DNA of 64,000 bases. It comes from an uncultured Oscillospiraceae bacterium. GTDB taxonomy: Bacteria; Bacillota; Clostridia; Oscillospirales; Oscillospiraceae. The position numbers and the translations under genes were made by a program. The stretch covers positions 16,385-80,384 of the forward strand of contig CALWXA010000082.1 of assembly GCA_944385395.1 (NCBI GenBank), written 5' to 3'. Numbering within the stretch: the stretch's first letter is position 1; each line of letters opens with the position of its first letter. The notes beneath the pieces are model-generated. The model was not told the DNA's origin and ran no database searches. It saw only the letters and a list, made by a program, of their open reading frames with translations. Positions 9,742-18,724 of this stretch are shown one piece after another.

Positions 9742-10800
9742 ATGAGTAAAGAATCTCAGAAGCTGGCCGAAAAGGCAGGCGTCATCAGCACCAAGCGTGT
9801 GGGCAGCGTGCTTTTGAACAATGCGCTGATCATCATCATGCTGCTGGTGGCGGTGTATGTAGCCATCGTCAAGCCCAGCTTCCTGTCCCCTGCTTCCCTG
9901 GTGAACCTGCTGAGCCTGACGGCCGCCTATCTGCCGGTGGCTCTGGGTATTGCCGGATGCATCGTGCTGACCGGTACGGACCTGAGTGCCGGCCGTGCCG
10001 TGGGTATCACCGCCTGCGTGGCGGCATCCCTGCTGCAGGACCCCAACTCTGCCAATAAGATGTGGACCGGCATCGGCGCTCTGCCCATTCCCGTGGTCAT
10101 CCTCATCGTGCTGGTTCTGGGCGCTGTGATCGGTGCGTTCAACGGCTTCTTCGTGGCCAAGTTCAAGCTGCATCCCTTCATCGTCACCCTGGCTACCCAG
10201 CTGATCCTGTATACGATCCTGCTGTTCTACGTCAAGGCTGGTAACAACAACGGCATGGCCATCTCCAGCCTCACCGACGGCTACCGTAACTTCGTGGTGG
10301 GCCGGCCTCCGCTGCTGACCTTCGGCGAGGTGCAGATCCCCAACTACGTCATCTATGCCGTGATTCTCACTGCAGTGATGTGGTTCATCTGGAACAAGAC
10401 CACCTTTGGTAAGAACATGTTCGCCCTGGGCGCCAATGAAGAGGCTGCCCGTGTTTCCGGTGTCAACGTGTTCGCCACCACCGTGGGCGTGTTCGCCCTG
10501 GCCGGTGCCATGTACGGCTGGACCGGTTTCGTGGAAGCTGCCCGTGTGGCCTCCAACACCGCCAACACCGGTGTGAACTACGAGCTGGACGCCATTGCTG
10601 CCTGCGTTATCGGCGGCGTGTCCTTCGTCGGTGGTATCGGTAAGATCAGCGGTATCGTCATCGGCGTTATCATGCTGCGTCTGATCTTCGTGGCCCTGCC
10701 TCTGGTGGGCATGGACCAGAACCTGCAGTACGCCATCAAGGGCGGCATCATCCTCTTTGCCTGCGCCCTGGATATGCGCAAGTACCTGGTGAAAAAGTAA
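9742..10800 (+). CDS. mglC: Sugar ABC transporter permease (MglC-type)
   Basis: 352-aa polytopic protein of the ribose/galactose permease type, following mglA. Confidence 0.9.
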   Translation: MSKESQKLAEKAGVISTKRVGSVLLNNALIIIMLLVAVYVAIVKPSFLSPASLVNLLSLTAAYLPVALGIAGCIVLTGTDLSAGRAVGITACVAASLLQDPNSANKMWTGIGALPIPVVILIVLVLGAVIGAFNGFFVAKFKLHPFIVTLATQLILYTILLFYVKAGNNNGMAISSLTDGYRNFVVGRPPLLTFGEVQIPNYVIYAVILTAVMWFIWNKTTFGKNMFALGANEEAARVSGVNVFATTVGVFALAGAMYGWTGFVEAARVASNTANTGVNYELDAIAACVIGGVSFVGGIGKISGIVIGVIMLRLIFVALPLVGMDQNLQYAIKGGIILFACALDMRKYLVKK

Positions 10801-10823
10801 TTCCATCATTCTTCCTCATTTTC

Positions 10824-10854
10824 GGCGCTCCTGCTGCGGCAGGAGCGCCTTTTA
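10824..10854 (+). terminator. Rho-independent terminator after mglC
   Basis: GGCGCTCCTGC tgcg GCAGGAGCGCC followed by TTTTA. Confidence 0.8.
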
Positions 10855-10908
10855 TGCTTCCAAAACTGCACAAAATATGGTATACTGCAAGGCAAAAGGA
10901 GGGATGTC

Positions 10909-12513
10909 ATGGAAACTTACAGCGTCTTACTGGTAGATGACGAGGAGGAGATCCGTGCCGGCATCAGCCGCAAGATCGATTGGCTGTCTCTGGGCTTTGA
11001 TCTGGTGGGCCAGGCGGAAAACGGCGCCGACGCCCTGGACCTGGCTGAGCAGCTGCAGCCAGACGTGGTGCTGACAGATATCAAAATGCCTTTTATGGAT
11101 GGCCTGGAACTGTGCCGTCATTTGCGCCAGTCCCTGCCGGCGGCCAAGCTGGTGGTGTTCTCCGGCTTTGATGACTTTGAGTACGCCCGGAAAGCCGTGG
11201 GTATGGGCGTGTCGGAATATATCATGAAACCCATCAACGCTCCGGAACTGATGGAGGTGCTGCAGAAGCTGCGCCAGCAGCTGGACCAGCAGCGCAGTGA
11301 GCGGCGTGACATGGAATCCCTGCGCCGCCGGTACGAAGAGACCCTGCCCATCCTCCGTGAGCTGTTCTATACCCGCCTCCTGGAAGGCCATATCCCCGCC
11401 GACCAGATCCAGGAGCGTGCTGCCCGTTACGAGCTGGAACTGCCCCAGGGCAGCTGGACGGCTGCGGTGGTGGATGCGGACCTCCCCGCCGGCGGCAGCG
11501 TGCTGGGCCGTGATGAACTGATGCTTTCCGTCCGGGACTTCCTCCAGGAACAGTTTGAGCTGGAGGGCTGTGCCGCCCGGGCCATTTTGTATAACGACGC
11601 CGTGGCGGTGCTGATCTGTATGGACGATGTCCAGCGCCTGTACCCGCTGATCGGTGAGCTGCAGCGGCTGTGTGCTCTGGGACGCAGCTATCTGGATCTG
11701 ACGCTGACCATGGGCGTGGGCCTGCCCTGCAGCGCTCCCGGTGAGCTCCACAGCTCGGTGGAAGGTGCCCGCTCGGCTTTGGATTACCGGGTGCTGATGG
11801 AGGGCGACCGTGTGATCTATATCGGCGACGTGGAACCGGACCGCAGCCAGCAGCTGTCGCTGGAAGAAGAGGATCAGCGTGCTCTGTCTGCAGCGGTGAA
11901 GCTGGGCAGCAGCCGCCAGGTGGAAGAGGTGGTGGACTTCCTCATCAACCGTGTCCGGGAGAGCTTGCTGCCCTTGCCTCAGTGCCATTTGTATTTCCAG
12001 GAGATCATCACCTGCCTGACCAAGCTGATCCGCTCCGGCGGCGTGCGGATGGAGGCAGTGTTCGGCCCGGGCTTCACCGGCGTGGTGTCCCTGACGGACT
12101 TCCGCTCTCTGGGTGAACTGGAGCAGTGGCTCACCGGCCGCTGCCAGATCCTGCGTGAGCAGCTGGGCCGCCAGCGTACGGACTCCGCCTGGCGCATCGT
12201 GGAGCAGGCCAAGAACTATCTGGCAGAGCACTACGCCAGCAGCGATACCAATGTGGACGCGCTGTGTGCCCATCTGCACCTGTCGCCCACCTATTTTTCC
12301 ACGCTGTTCAAGCGTGAAACCGGCAAGAGTTTCACCGCCTACGTTACGGACCTGCGGATGGAGCGTGCGGCGGCCCTGCTGCGTGATACGGATGAAAAGA
12401 CGTATCTCATTGCCGAGCAGACGGGGTATCAGGACCCCAACTATTTCAGCTATGTATTCAAACGCCATTTTGGCGTAACTCCCTCCAAGTTCCGTGCCGG
12501 ACGGCAGCAGTAA
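10909..12513 (+). CDS. Response regulator with AraC-type HTH output (YesN-like)
   Basis: Receiver domain (LLVDDEEE...DIKMPFMDG...K) and C-terminal AraC HTH (YQDPNYFSYVFKRHFGVTPSKFR). Confidence 0.9.
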   Translation: METYSVLLVDDEEEIRAGISRKIDWLSLGFDLVGQAENGADALDLAEQLQPDVVLTDIKMPFMDGLELCRHLRQSLPAAKLVVFSGFDDFEYARKAVGMGVSEYIMKPINAPELMEVLQKLRQQLDQQRSERRDMESLRRRYEETLPILRELFYTRLLEGHIPADQIQERAARYELELPQGSWTAAVVDADLPAGGSVLGRDELMLSVRDFLQEQFELEGCAARAILYNDAVAVLICMDDVQRLYPLIGELQRLCALGRSYLDLTLTMGVGLPCSAPGELHSSVEGARSALDYRVLMEGDRVIYIGDVEPDRSQQLSLEEEDQRALSAAVKLGSSRQVEEVVDFLINRVRESLLPLPQCHLYFQEIITCLTKLIRSGGVRMEAVFGPGFTGVVSLTDFRSLGELEQWLTGRCQILREQLGRQRTDSAWRIVEQAKNYLAEHYASSDTNVDALCAHLHLSPTYFSTLFKRETGKSFTAYVTDLRMERAAALLRDTDEKTYLIAEQTGYQDPNYFSYVFKRHFGVTPSKFRAGRQQ

Positions 12514-12538
12514 ACAAGGCAGAAAGGAGGAAAGCGGC

Positions 12539-14356
12539 ATGGGCCGAGTTCTGAAGGGCCTGGCAGGCCGGGTAGCCCGGCGCTACCGGTCCATGAGCAT
12601 CCAGATGGTGATCTCCCTGTCCTTCACCGTGGTAGCGGTGGTGGGCATGGTGTTCATGGGCCTGAGCCTGGTGCTGCGTTTCTCCGACAGCTCCCAACGG
12701 CTGATGGTGGAAAACAGCCAGCGTATCCTTTCCCAGGTGAATATGAATATGGACAGCTACCTGCGCCGGATGATGCGGGTGTCTGATGCCATGTATTACC
12801 GTGTCATCAAGAATGCCGACCTGGCGGAGGATTCTTTGATGCCGGGTATGGAGCTTTTGTGGGAGGAGAACCGTGACGCCCTGGTGTCCATTGCGGTGTT
12901 TGACGGTACCGGCCAGCTGATTTCCGCTGCGCCCCTATCCCAGCTGAAGCCGTCGGCCCAGCCCGGCAGCGGCCAGTGGTTCCGTGACGCCATGAACAAG
13001 ATGGAGAACCTCCACTTCTCCACGCCCCATATCCAGAATATGTTCCAGGACCCGGACTTCGGCTATCCCTGGGTGGTATCCCTGAGCCGGTACGTGCAGC
13101 TGACCCGTGACGGCAAAACGGAAAGCGGTGTGCTGCTGGTGGATATGAACTTCGCCGGTATCGCCCGGGTCTGCAGCTCGGCGGAGCTGCCCAACGACGG
13201 CTACCTCTACCTCATCGACAGCGACGGGGAACTGATCTACCATCCCCGCCAGCAGCTGATCTACGCGGGCCTTCTGGAGGAGAACAACCTGGCGGCGGCG
13301 GGATATCCCGACGGCTCCCGGCCTGAGGAATTTGCGGGGCAGAACCGCTATGTGACGGTGAAGACCGTGGGCTATACCGGCTGGAAGCTGGTAGGCGTGG
13401 TGCCTCAGGAGAGCCTGCGGGAAGCGGGCCGTGAAATGGCGGCCTTCGGTCTGGCGCTGCTGCTGTTCTCCGTGCTGCTGCTGACATTCCTGAACTTCCG
13501 CATTTCGGCGTATATCTCCGATCCCATCCGCCGTCTGGAACAGTCGGTGAAAGCGCTGGAAGCCGGCGCCGAATCCGTGGAGATTCGGGAGGACGGCTGC
13601 TATGAGGTCCGGCGTCTGGGCCACTCCATCTCCTCCATGGTTTCCACCATGCGCCACCTGATGGAGGATATCATCCAGCAGGAGGGCCAGAAACGCCGCA
13701 ACGAGCTGGAGGTGCTCCAGTCCCAGATCAACCCCCATTTCCTGTATAATACCCTGGACTCTGTGATCTGGATGACGGAGGCCGGCCGGTATGAGGAATC
13801 CATCCAGATGGTCACCTCCCTGGCCCGGCTGTTCCGCATTTCCCTGAGCCGGGGCAGAAGCGTCATTCCCCTGACAGACGAGCTGGAGCACGCCCGGCAC
13901 TATATGAACATCCAGCAGATCCGCTATAAAAACCAGTTTACCAGCCAGATCACTGCCCTGCCGGGCACCGAGGGCCTCTATACCCTGAAGCTTATCGTCC
14001 AGCCCATTCTGGAAAACGCCATCTACCACGGCATGTCCAGCCTGCAGGAGGACGGCGTCATCTCCGTTACCGCCCGGCGGGAAGGGGATGATCTCTTGAT
14101 CCAGATCGCCGATAACGGCATGGGCATGCGCCCTGAGGTGGCGGCATCCCTGTTGGACGAGGACCGTCCCGATATCCGTACCACCGGTTCCGGTATCGGC
14201 GTGCGGAATGTCCACCAGCGGATCCGGCTGACCTTCGGTCCCCAGTATGGCCTGAGCATTTCCAGCGAGCCGGACGAGGGTACGGTGGTGACCATCCGTG
14301 TCCCGGCCCTGGATGAACAGGCGGCCCGTCCGTATCAGAGGGAGGAGAGTCTATGA
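12539..14356 (+). CDS. Sensor histidine kinase, His_kinase/LytS-YesM type
   Basis: Two TM helices around a ~270-aa outside domain, NPHFLYNTL H-box region, DNGMGM and GSGIGVRNV ATPase motifs. ATG 12539 has RBS AAAGGAGG. Confidence 0.9.
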   Translation: MGRVLKGLAGRVARRYRSMSIQMVISLSFTVVAVVGMVFMGLSLVLRFSDSSQRLMVENSQRILSQVNMNMDSYLRRMMRVSDAMYYRVIKNADLAEDSLMPGMELLWEENRDALVSIAVFDGTGQLISAAPLSQLKPSAQPGSGQWFRDAMNKMENLHFSTPHIQNMFQDPDFGYPWVVSLSRYVQLTRDGKTESGVLLVDMNFAGIARVCSSAELPNDGYLYLIDSDGELIYHPRQQLIYAGLLEENNLAAAGYPDGSRPEEFAGQNRYVTVKTVGYTGWKLVGVVPQESLREAGREMAAFGLALLLFSVLLLTFLNFRISAYISDPIRRLEQSVKALEAGAESVEIREDGCYEVRRLGHSISSMVSTMRHLMEDIIQQEGQKRRNELEVLQSQINPHFLYNTLDSVIWMTEAGRYEESIQMVTSLARLFRISLSRGRSVIPLTDELEHARHYMNIQQIRYKNQFTSQITALPGTEGLYTLKLIVQPILENAIYHGMSSLQEDGVISVTARREGDDLLIQIADNGMGMRPEVAASLLDEDRPDIRTTGSGIGVRNVHQRIRLTFGPQYGLSISSEPDEGTVVTIRVPALDEQAARPYQREESL

Positions 14357-15297
14357 AGAAAATCCGAACAGACTTTATCCAACTGCTGATCCTGTTGGCC
14401 CTGGGCGTGGGCGTGATCCTGACTCTGGTGCTGCCGGGTTTGGGTGACAGCCGTCCCCGGCAGTCGGTGACATCTATTTCCGTGATCCTGCGGGATACGG
14501 ATACTACCTTGTGGAGCAATACCCGCCTGGGTATGGAGCAGGCGGCAGGCGAACTGCGGGTGGAACTGCGGTTTTTGACCCTTTCCCAGACCAACGATGC
14601 AGCACAGCAGCTGCGGCTGATGACCCAGGAACTGGAGCAGGGCGCCAACGCCCTGGTGGTGGTGCCGGCCTCTGATGTGCTGCCCGGAGAGGACTTGCCC
14701 ACGGATGCAGTGGTGGTGTCCCTGGAATCCCTGCTGCCGGGCGCTGCCACGGTGGTCTCTCCGGATAATGACTCGCTGGGCCGCCAGCTGGCCCAGGCGG
14801 CAGCGTCGGACTGGAAATCCGGCCCGGTGCTGCTGGTGCAGACGGCACCGGAGAACGCCGCCATGATCCGCCGCCTGGCTGCCGCCCGGCAGGCCCTGGA
14901 AGCGGCGGGAGTCCCGGTGACGGAAGTCACCTGCACCGCCGTCGACCTGGAAACGGAGCTGGAAGCCCTGGTTACCGCTTCCGGCGCCAGACAGGTGATG
15001 ACCTTTGAACCGTCAGCTACGGTGTCCGCTGCAGCGGCCAAGGAGAAGGCTTCCCTGCAGGCGGAGCTGTACGGTGTAGGCGCCACCGGGCGCATCGCCG
15101 CCTGGCTGGAGCAGGGCACCATTACGGCGGTAGCCGCCTGGAGCGAATTTGCCGCCGGTTATCTGGCGGTGGAGCGTGCCGTGCAGACTCTGGACGGACA
15201 GAGCTACGGCACAGAGGCGCTGCCCTTTACCATACTGCGAGGGGAGGATATGTATGAGCCGGACAACCAGAAGCTCCTGTTCCCGGTCATGTCGTAG
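14353..15297 (+). CDS. Membrane-anchored periplasmic-binding-protein-like protein (likely sensor partner)
   Basis: N-terminal TM helix without a lipobox, then a divergent type-1 binding-protein-like domain. 4-nt overlap with the kinase gene. Confidence 0.65.
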   Translation: MKKIRTDFIQLLILLALGVGVILTLVLPGLGDSRPRQSVTSISVILRDTDTTLWSNTRLGMEQAAGELRVELRFLTLSQTNDAAQQLRLMTQELEQGANALVVVPASDVLPGEDLPTDAVVVSLESLLPGAATVVSPDNDSLGRQLAQAAASDWKSGPVLLVQTAPENAAMIRRLAAARQALEAAGVPVTEVTCTAVDLETELEALVTASGARQVMTFEPSATVSAAAAKEKASLQAELYGVGATGRIAAWLEQGTITAVAAWSEFAAGYLAVERAVQTLDGQSYGTEALPFTILRGEDMYEPDNQKLLFPVMS

Positions 15298-16315
15298 CCT
15301 GCTGGGCCTGCTTTTGTGCCTGACGCTGCTGCTGGGCATGTCCGGCTGCGGCTCCGGCGGTGACGAAGCGCCGGTGCTGCGGGTGGGCGTGGCCTTATAC
15401 AGCCAGGACGACACCTTTATTTCTGCCCTGGTGCAGCATCTGGAACGCCTGGCCCGGGAGGAAGAGCAGCAGCGGCAGATCCAGATCCGTCTTTCCGTGA
15501 TGGACGGCGGCAGCAACCAGACCACCCAGCTGGAGCAGGTGGACCGTCTCATCGGCCAGGACTGTGACGTACTGTGCGTGAATATCGTGGACCGCACCGC
15601 TGCGGCGGTGCTGGTGGATAAGGCGGAGGAAGCGGATATTCCCCTGATCTTCTTCAACCGCCAGCCGGTGGCGGAGGATATCGCCCGCTGGGAGCAGGTG
15701 TATTATGTAGGTGCCCGGGCGGAGGAGAGCGGGACGCTCCAGGGCCAGCTGGTGCTGCGCTCCTGGCTTTCCGATCCGGAAGTGGACCGCAATGGCGACG
15801 GCGTGCTGCAGTACGTGATGCTGGAAGGCGAACCGGGCCATCAGGATACCCTGCTGCGCACCGCCTATTCCGTGAAGGTGCTGACGGACGCAGGGGTTTC
15901 CGTGGAAAAGCTGGCAGGCGAAAGCGCCAGCTGGAAGCGTGGCCAGGCCATGCTGAAGGTACAGCAGTGGCTGCCGGAGCTGGGGGAGGACATCGAGGTG
16001 ATCTTCTCCAATAACGACGATATGGCCCTGGGGGCCATCGACGCCTACCGGGAGGCGGGACTGACCCTGCCGGTGGTGGTGGGGGTGGATGCTACGGAGC
16101 CCGCCCTGGAATCCCTCCGCAACGGGGAACTGTACGGCACGGTGCTCAATGACGGCAAGGGCATCGCTCAGGCCATGATGGATCTGATCCTGGCCCTCAC
16201 CGACGGCAGCGATCCTGCCGATGCGGTGGAGCTGGTGGAGGAGCATTATGTGTGGCTGCCCTACCGTGCGGTGACGCTGGCCAACGTGGACTCTGTGATG
16301 GACAGCGGTACATAA
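15254..16315 (+). CDS. MglB-paralogous sugar-binding lipoprotein
   Basis: Lipobox LLGMSGCGS. Shares blocks with the transporter binding protein (IPLIFFNRQ, GDGVLQYVMLEGEPGH, NNDDMALGAI, VVGVDAT). ATG 15254 has RBS GGGGAGGA. Confidence 0.8.
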   Translation: MSRTTRSSCSRSCRSLLGLLLCLTLLLGMSGCGSGGDEAPVLRVGVALYSQDDTFISALVQHLERLAREEEQQRQIQIRLSVMDGGSNQTTQLEQVDRLIGQDCDVLCVNIVDRTAAAVLVDKAEEADIPLIFFNRQPVAEDIARWEQVYYVGARAEESGTLQGQLVLRSWLSDPEVDRNGDGVLQYVMLEGEPGHQDTLLRTAYSVKVLTDAGVSVEKLAGESASWKRGQAMLKVQQWLPELGEDIEVIFSNNDDMALGAIDAYREAGLTLPVVVGVDATEPALESLRNGELYGTVLNDGKGIAQAMMDLILALTDGSDPADAVELVEEHYVWLPYRAVTLANVDSVMDSGT

Positions 16316-16316
16316 T

Positions 16317-16355
16317 AAAAAGTGAGACAGATCCTGTGATCTGTCTCACTTTTTT
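16317..16355. terminator. Bidirectional terminator between the binding-protein gene and galM
   Basis: AAAAGTGAGACAGATC ctgt GATCTGTCTCACTTTT, with A/T runs on both sides. Confidence 0.8.
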
Positions 16356-16383
16356 CTTTGCTGTTTCCCGGGGTATTTCTCAC

Positions 16384-17427
16384 TTATTGCAGGGTGGAAA
16401 AGGTGAACCGGGTGGTGTGGTCAAAGGGCTTGCCCGGCCGCAGCAGGGCGTCGGGGAATGCCGGCTGGTTGGGAGAATCCGGGAAGAACTGGGTCTCCAG
16501 ACAGAAGGCGTGCCGGGGCCCGTAGGCGCAGCCGCCCTTGCCCTTCCGGCCCTGGGGTACGAAATTGGCGGTATAGAGCTGGACGCCGGGGGAGGTGGTC
16601 TCCACTTCCATCACAATGCCGCTGCGCCGGGAAAGCGCTGTGGCACAAGGTCTGAGGGTTCCGGTATCTCCCTGCACCACATAGTTGTGGTCGTAGCCGT
16701 TGCCCAGCTGCAGCTGCAGGAAGGGTGCGTCGATCCGCTCTCCCAGTGGGGTGAGAGCCCGGAAATCCATGGGCGTGCCCTCCACCGGTTCCACCGTCCC
16801 CAGGGGGATGCTGGTTTCGTCGGTGGGGGTGTAGCTCTCTGCCCGGAGCTGCAGCTCCTGATCCATGGTATTGCCGGAATCGTGGCCGGAAAGGTTGAAA
16901 TACGCATGGTTGGTAAGGTTGCAGGGAGTATCGGCATCCGTCACCGCCTGATAATGGATGGTGAGAGAGGTGCCGGAGAGGGCATAGGTCACCTGTACCT
17001 GCACATGGCCGGGATAGCCTTCCTCCCCGTCAGGGCTGTCCAGTGTCAGCACCGCCTGGGTGTCCGTCAGCTCCGCTACCTGCCAGACCCGGTGGGAATA
17101 GCCCACCAGTCCGCCGTGGAGGTGGTTGGGGCCGTTGTTCACCGCCAGCGTGTAATCCCGGCCGTTGAGGGAGAAGCGGCCGGCGGCGATGCGGTTGGCG
17201 TACCGCCCTACCACGGCCCCCAGGTAGCCGTCGTTTTCCAGATATTCCGTGAGGGTGTCGTAGCCCAGCACCACGTCCACCTTCCGGCCCTGGCCGTCCG
17301 GTACCTCCAGGGCCTGCAGCGTGGCACCCAGGGTCAGGATGCGGCAGGAAATCTGCCCGTTGTCCAGCGTCAGCAGCTCCACCTGCCGGCCTTGGGGCGT
17401 GGTGCCAAAGGGAATGGTATTGCCCAT
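16384..17427 (-). CDS. galM: Aldose 1-epimerase (galactose mutarotase)
   Basis: 347 aa with mutarotase blocks (NGPNHLHGG, TNHAYFNL, CLETQ). Confidence 0.9.
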   Translation of the reverse strand: MGNTIPFGTTPQGRQVELLTLDNGQISCRILTLGATLQALEVPDGQGRKVDVVLGYDTLTEYLENDGYLGAVVGRYANRIAAGRFSLNGRDYTLAVNNGPNHLHGGLVGYSHRVWQVAELTDTQAVLTLDSPDGEEGYPGHVQVQVTYALSGTSLTIHYQAVTDADTPCNLTNHAYFNLSGHDSGNTMDQELQLRAESYTPTDETSIPLGTVEPVEGTPMDFRALTPLGERIDAPFLQLQLGNGYDHNYVVQGDTGTLRPCATALSRRSGIVMEVETTSPGVQLYTANFVPQGRKGKGGCAYGPRHAFCLETQFFPDSPNQPAFPDALLRPGKPFDHTTRFTFSTLQ

Positions 17428-17531
17428 GGGAATGACCTCTTTTCCTCTAAAATTCGTTATTCCCAGTGTAGCATCTTTTGCCCTAAAAGGGAATGGCGGC
17501 TCTTGCCAAGGGGCGTAGAATATGCTACCAT

Positions 17532-17546
17532 ATTTTTAGTAAAAAT
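17532..17546. promoter_or_regulatory. AT-rich palindrome, candidate operator upstream of galR
   Basis: ATTTTTA-G-TAAAAAT perfect palindrome, 17 nt upstream of the galR GTG. Same core as 18666-18682. Confidence 0.45.
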
Positions 17547-17562
17547 TACGGAGGAACGACTT

Positions 17563-18591
17563 GTGGCAACCTTGAAGGAATTGGCAGACCGGACGGGCTA
17601 CGCCCCGGCCACCATATCCCGGATCCTCAGCGGCGACCCCACGCTGTCGGTGTCGCCGGAGGCCCGGCGTAAGGTGCTGGAGGAGGCGGGACGGCTGAAC
17701 TACAGCGCCACCCGCAGCCGCCGGGGCAGGACCCCCAAGGGAGTGCTGCGGCTGGGTCTGGCGGAGATGCTCAGCCCTGCCCAGCAGCTGGAGGATCCCT
17801 ACTATCTCTATCTGAGCAGCTATGTGCGCCAGTGCTGCGCCGAGAAAAAATATACCTGTCTGACCCTGGAGCGCCGGGGCGACGGATTTGCCCCGCCGGA
17901 AGGGGAGGGGCTCCAGGGCATCGTGGCGGTGGGACTGTTCACTACCGCCCAGATCCAGTCTCTGGAGGCCATCTGCCCCAATGTGGTGTTTGTGGATTCC
18001 TCCCCTTTTGAGTCCCGGTTCGACGCCGTGGTGCTGGGCTATGAGCTGGGGATCTCTCTGGCCCTGGATCATCTGGTGGCCCTGGGCCACCGGTGCATCG
18101 GCTTTCTGGGCCCGGAGTACAAGCTGGACCACTACCACCGCCGGGCACCGGAGGTGCGCCGGCAGCTGTTCTGCCGCTTGATGGAGAGCCGGGGTCTTGC
18201 CCCGGCGGCACTGCTGGACTGCCCCATGGAGGCGCCTGCCGCCGCTGAAGCTGTGGCGGCGCTGCTGCACCGGGGCGGGGAGCTGCCCACCGCCCTGATG
18301 TGTGCCAATGAGGACAGCGCCATCGGCGCTCTGCGGAGCCTGCAGCAAGCCGGTGTGGCGGTGCCGCAGCAACTGTCGGTGGTATCCTTCAACGATACCC
18401 CACGTTCCTCTCTGGTGGACCCACCCCTGACCTCCGTATCCACCCACGTGGAGGAAATGGCCCGCACCGCCCTGCGGCTGCTGGCAGAGCGGGCAGACCT
18501 GCCGGGGAAACCCGCCGTCCGCACTATCCCGCTGAAGGTGGTGGTGCCCCCCTCCCTGGTGGTCCGGGGCAGCACGGCGGCGGTGGAGTGA
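17563..18591 (+). CDS. galR: LacI-family transcriptional regulator (GalR-like)
   Basis: N-terminal HTH TLKELADRTGYAPATISRILSG plus a sugar-binding core. GTG 17563 preceded by GGAGGA. The 16252-17562 part of the long ORF is antisense to galM. Confidence 0.85.
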   Translation: MATLKELADRTGYAPATISRILSGDPTLSVSPEARRKVLEEAGRLNYSATRSRRGRTPKGVLRLGLAEMLSPAQQLEDPYYLYLSSYVRQCCAEKKYTCLTLERRGDGFAPPEGEGLQGIVAVGLFTTAQIQSLEAICPNVVFVDSSPFESRFDAVVLGYELGISLALDHLVALGHRCIGFLGPEYKLDHYHRRAPEVRRQLFCRLMESRGLAPAALLDCPMEAPAAAEAVAALLHRGGELPTALMCANEDSAIGALRSLQQAGVAVPQQLSVVSFNDTPRSSLVDPPLTSVSTHVEEMARTALRLLAERADLPGKPAVRTIPLKVVVPPSLVVRGSTAAVE

Positions 18592-18662
18592 GGAAAAACT
18601 GCCGGAAACAACCCTGGGTTCTTGTGCAGCATGACAAAGTTGCTGTGGCGGGAAAATGTCCC

Positions 18663-18691
18663 TTGAATTTTTAGTAAAAATTCAATATACT
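18663..18691 (+). promoter_or_regulatory. galK promoter with the palindrome in the spacer
   Basis: TTGAAT (18663-18668), 17-nt spacer, TATACT (18686-18691). The spacer contains AATTTTTA-G-TAAAAATT (18666-18682). Confidence 0.55.
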
Positions 18692-18724
18692 GAAAGAGAC
18701 AAGAAGGAAAGAAGGGGATGCACC

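Noticed and set aside
8116-10809. Very long minus-strand ORF (897 aa) antisense to mglA/mglC. Similar giant antisense ORFs lie at 2865-4388, 5028-6812, 20041-22656, 31532-33955, 49768-52833, 53009-55240 and 59524-62028.
   Set aside because: Their translations are low-complexity and rich in G, A, R, H, Q and L, with no motifs. Each lies exactly opposite a gene with clear family motifs. High GC3 codon bias removes antisense stop codons, so these are artefacts.
16252-17562. A 5' extension makes the galR ORF 779 aa long.
   Set aside because: The extension is antisense to galM and has an Ala/Gly/Arg-rich nonsense composition. The LacI HTH begins right after GTG 17563, which has a GGAGGA RBS.
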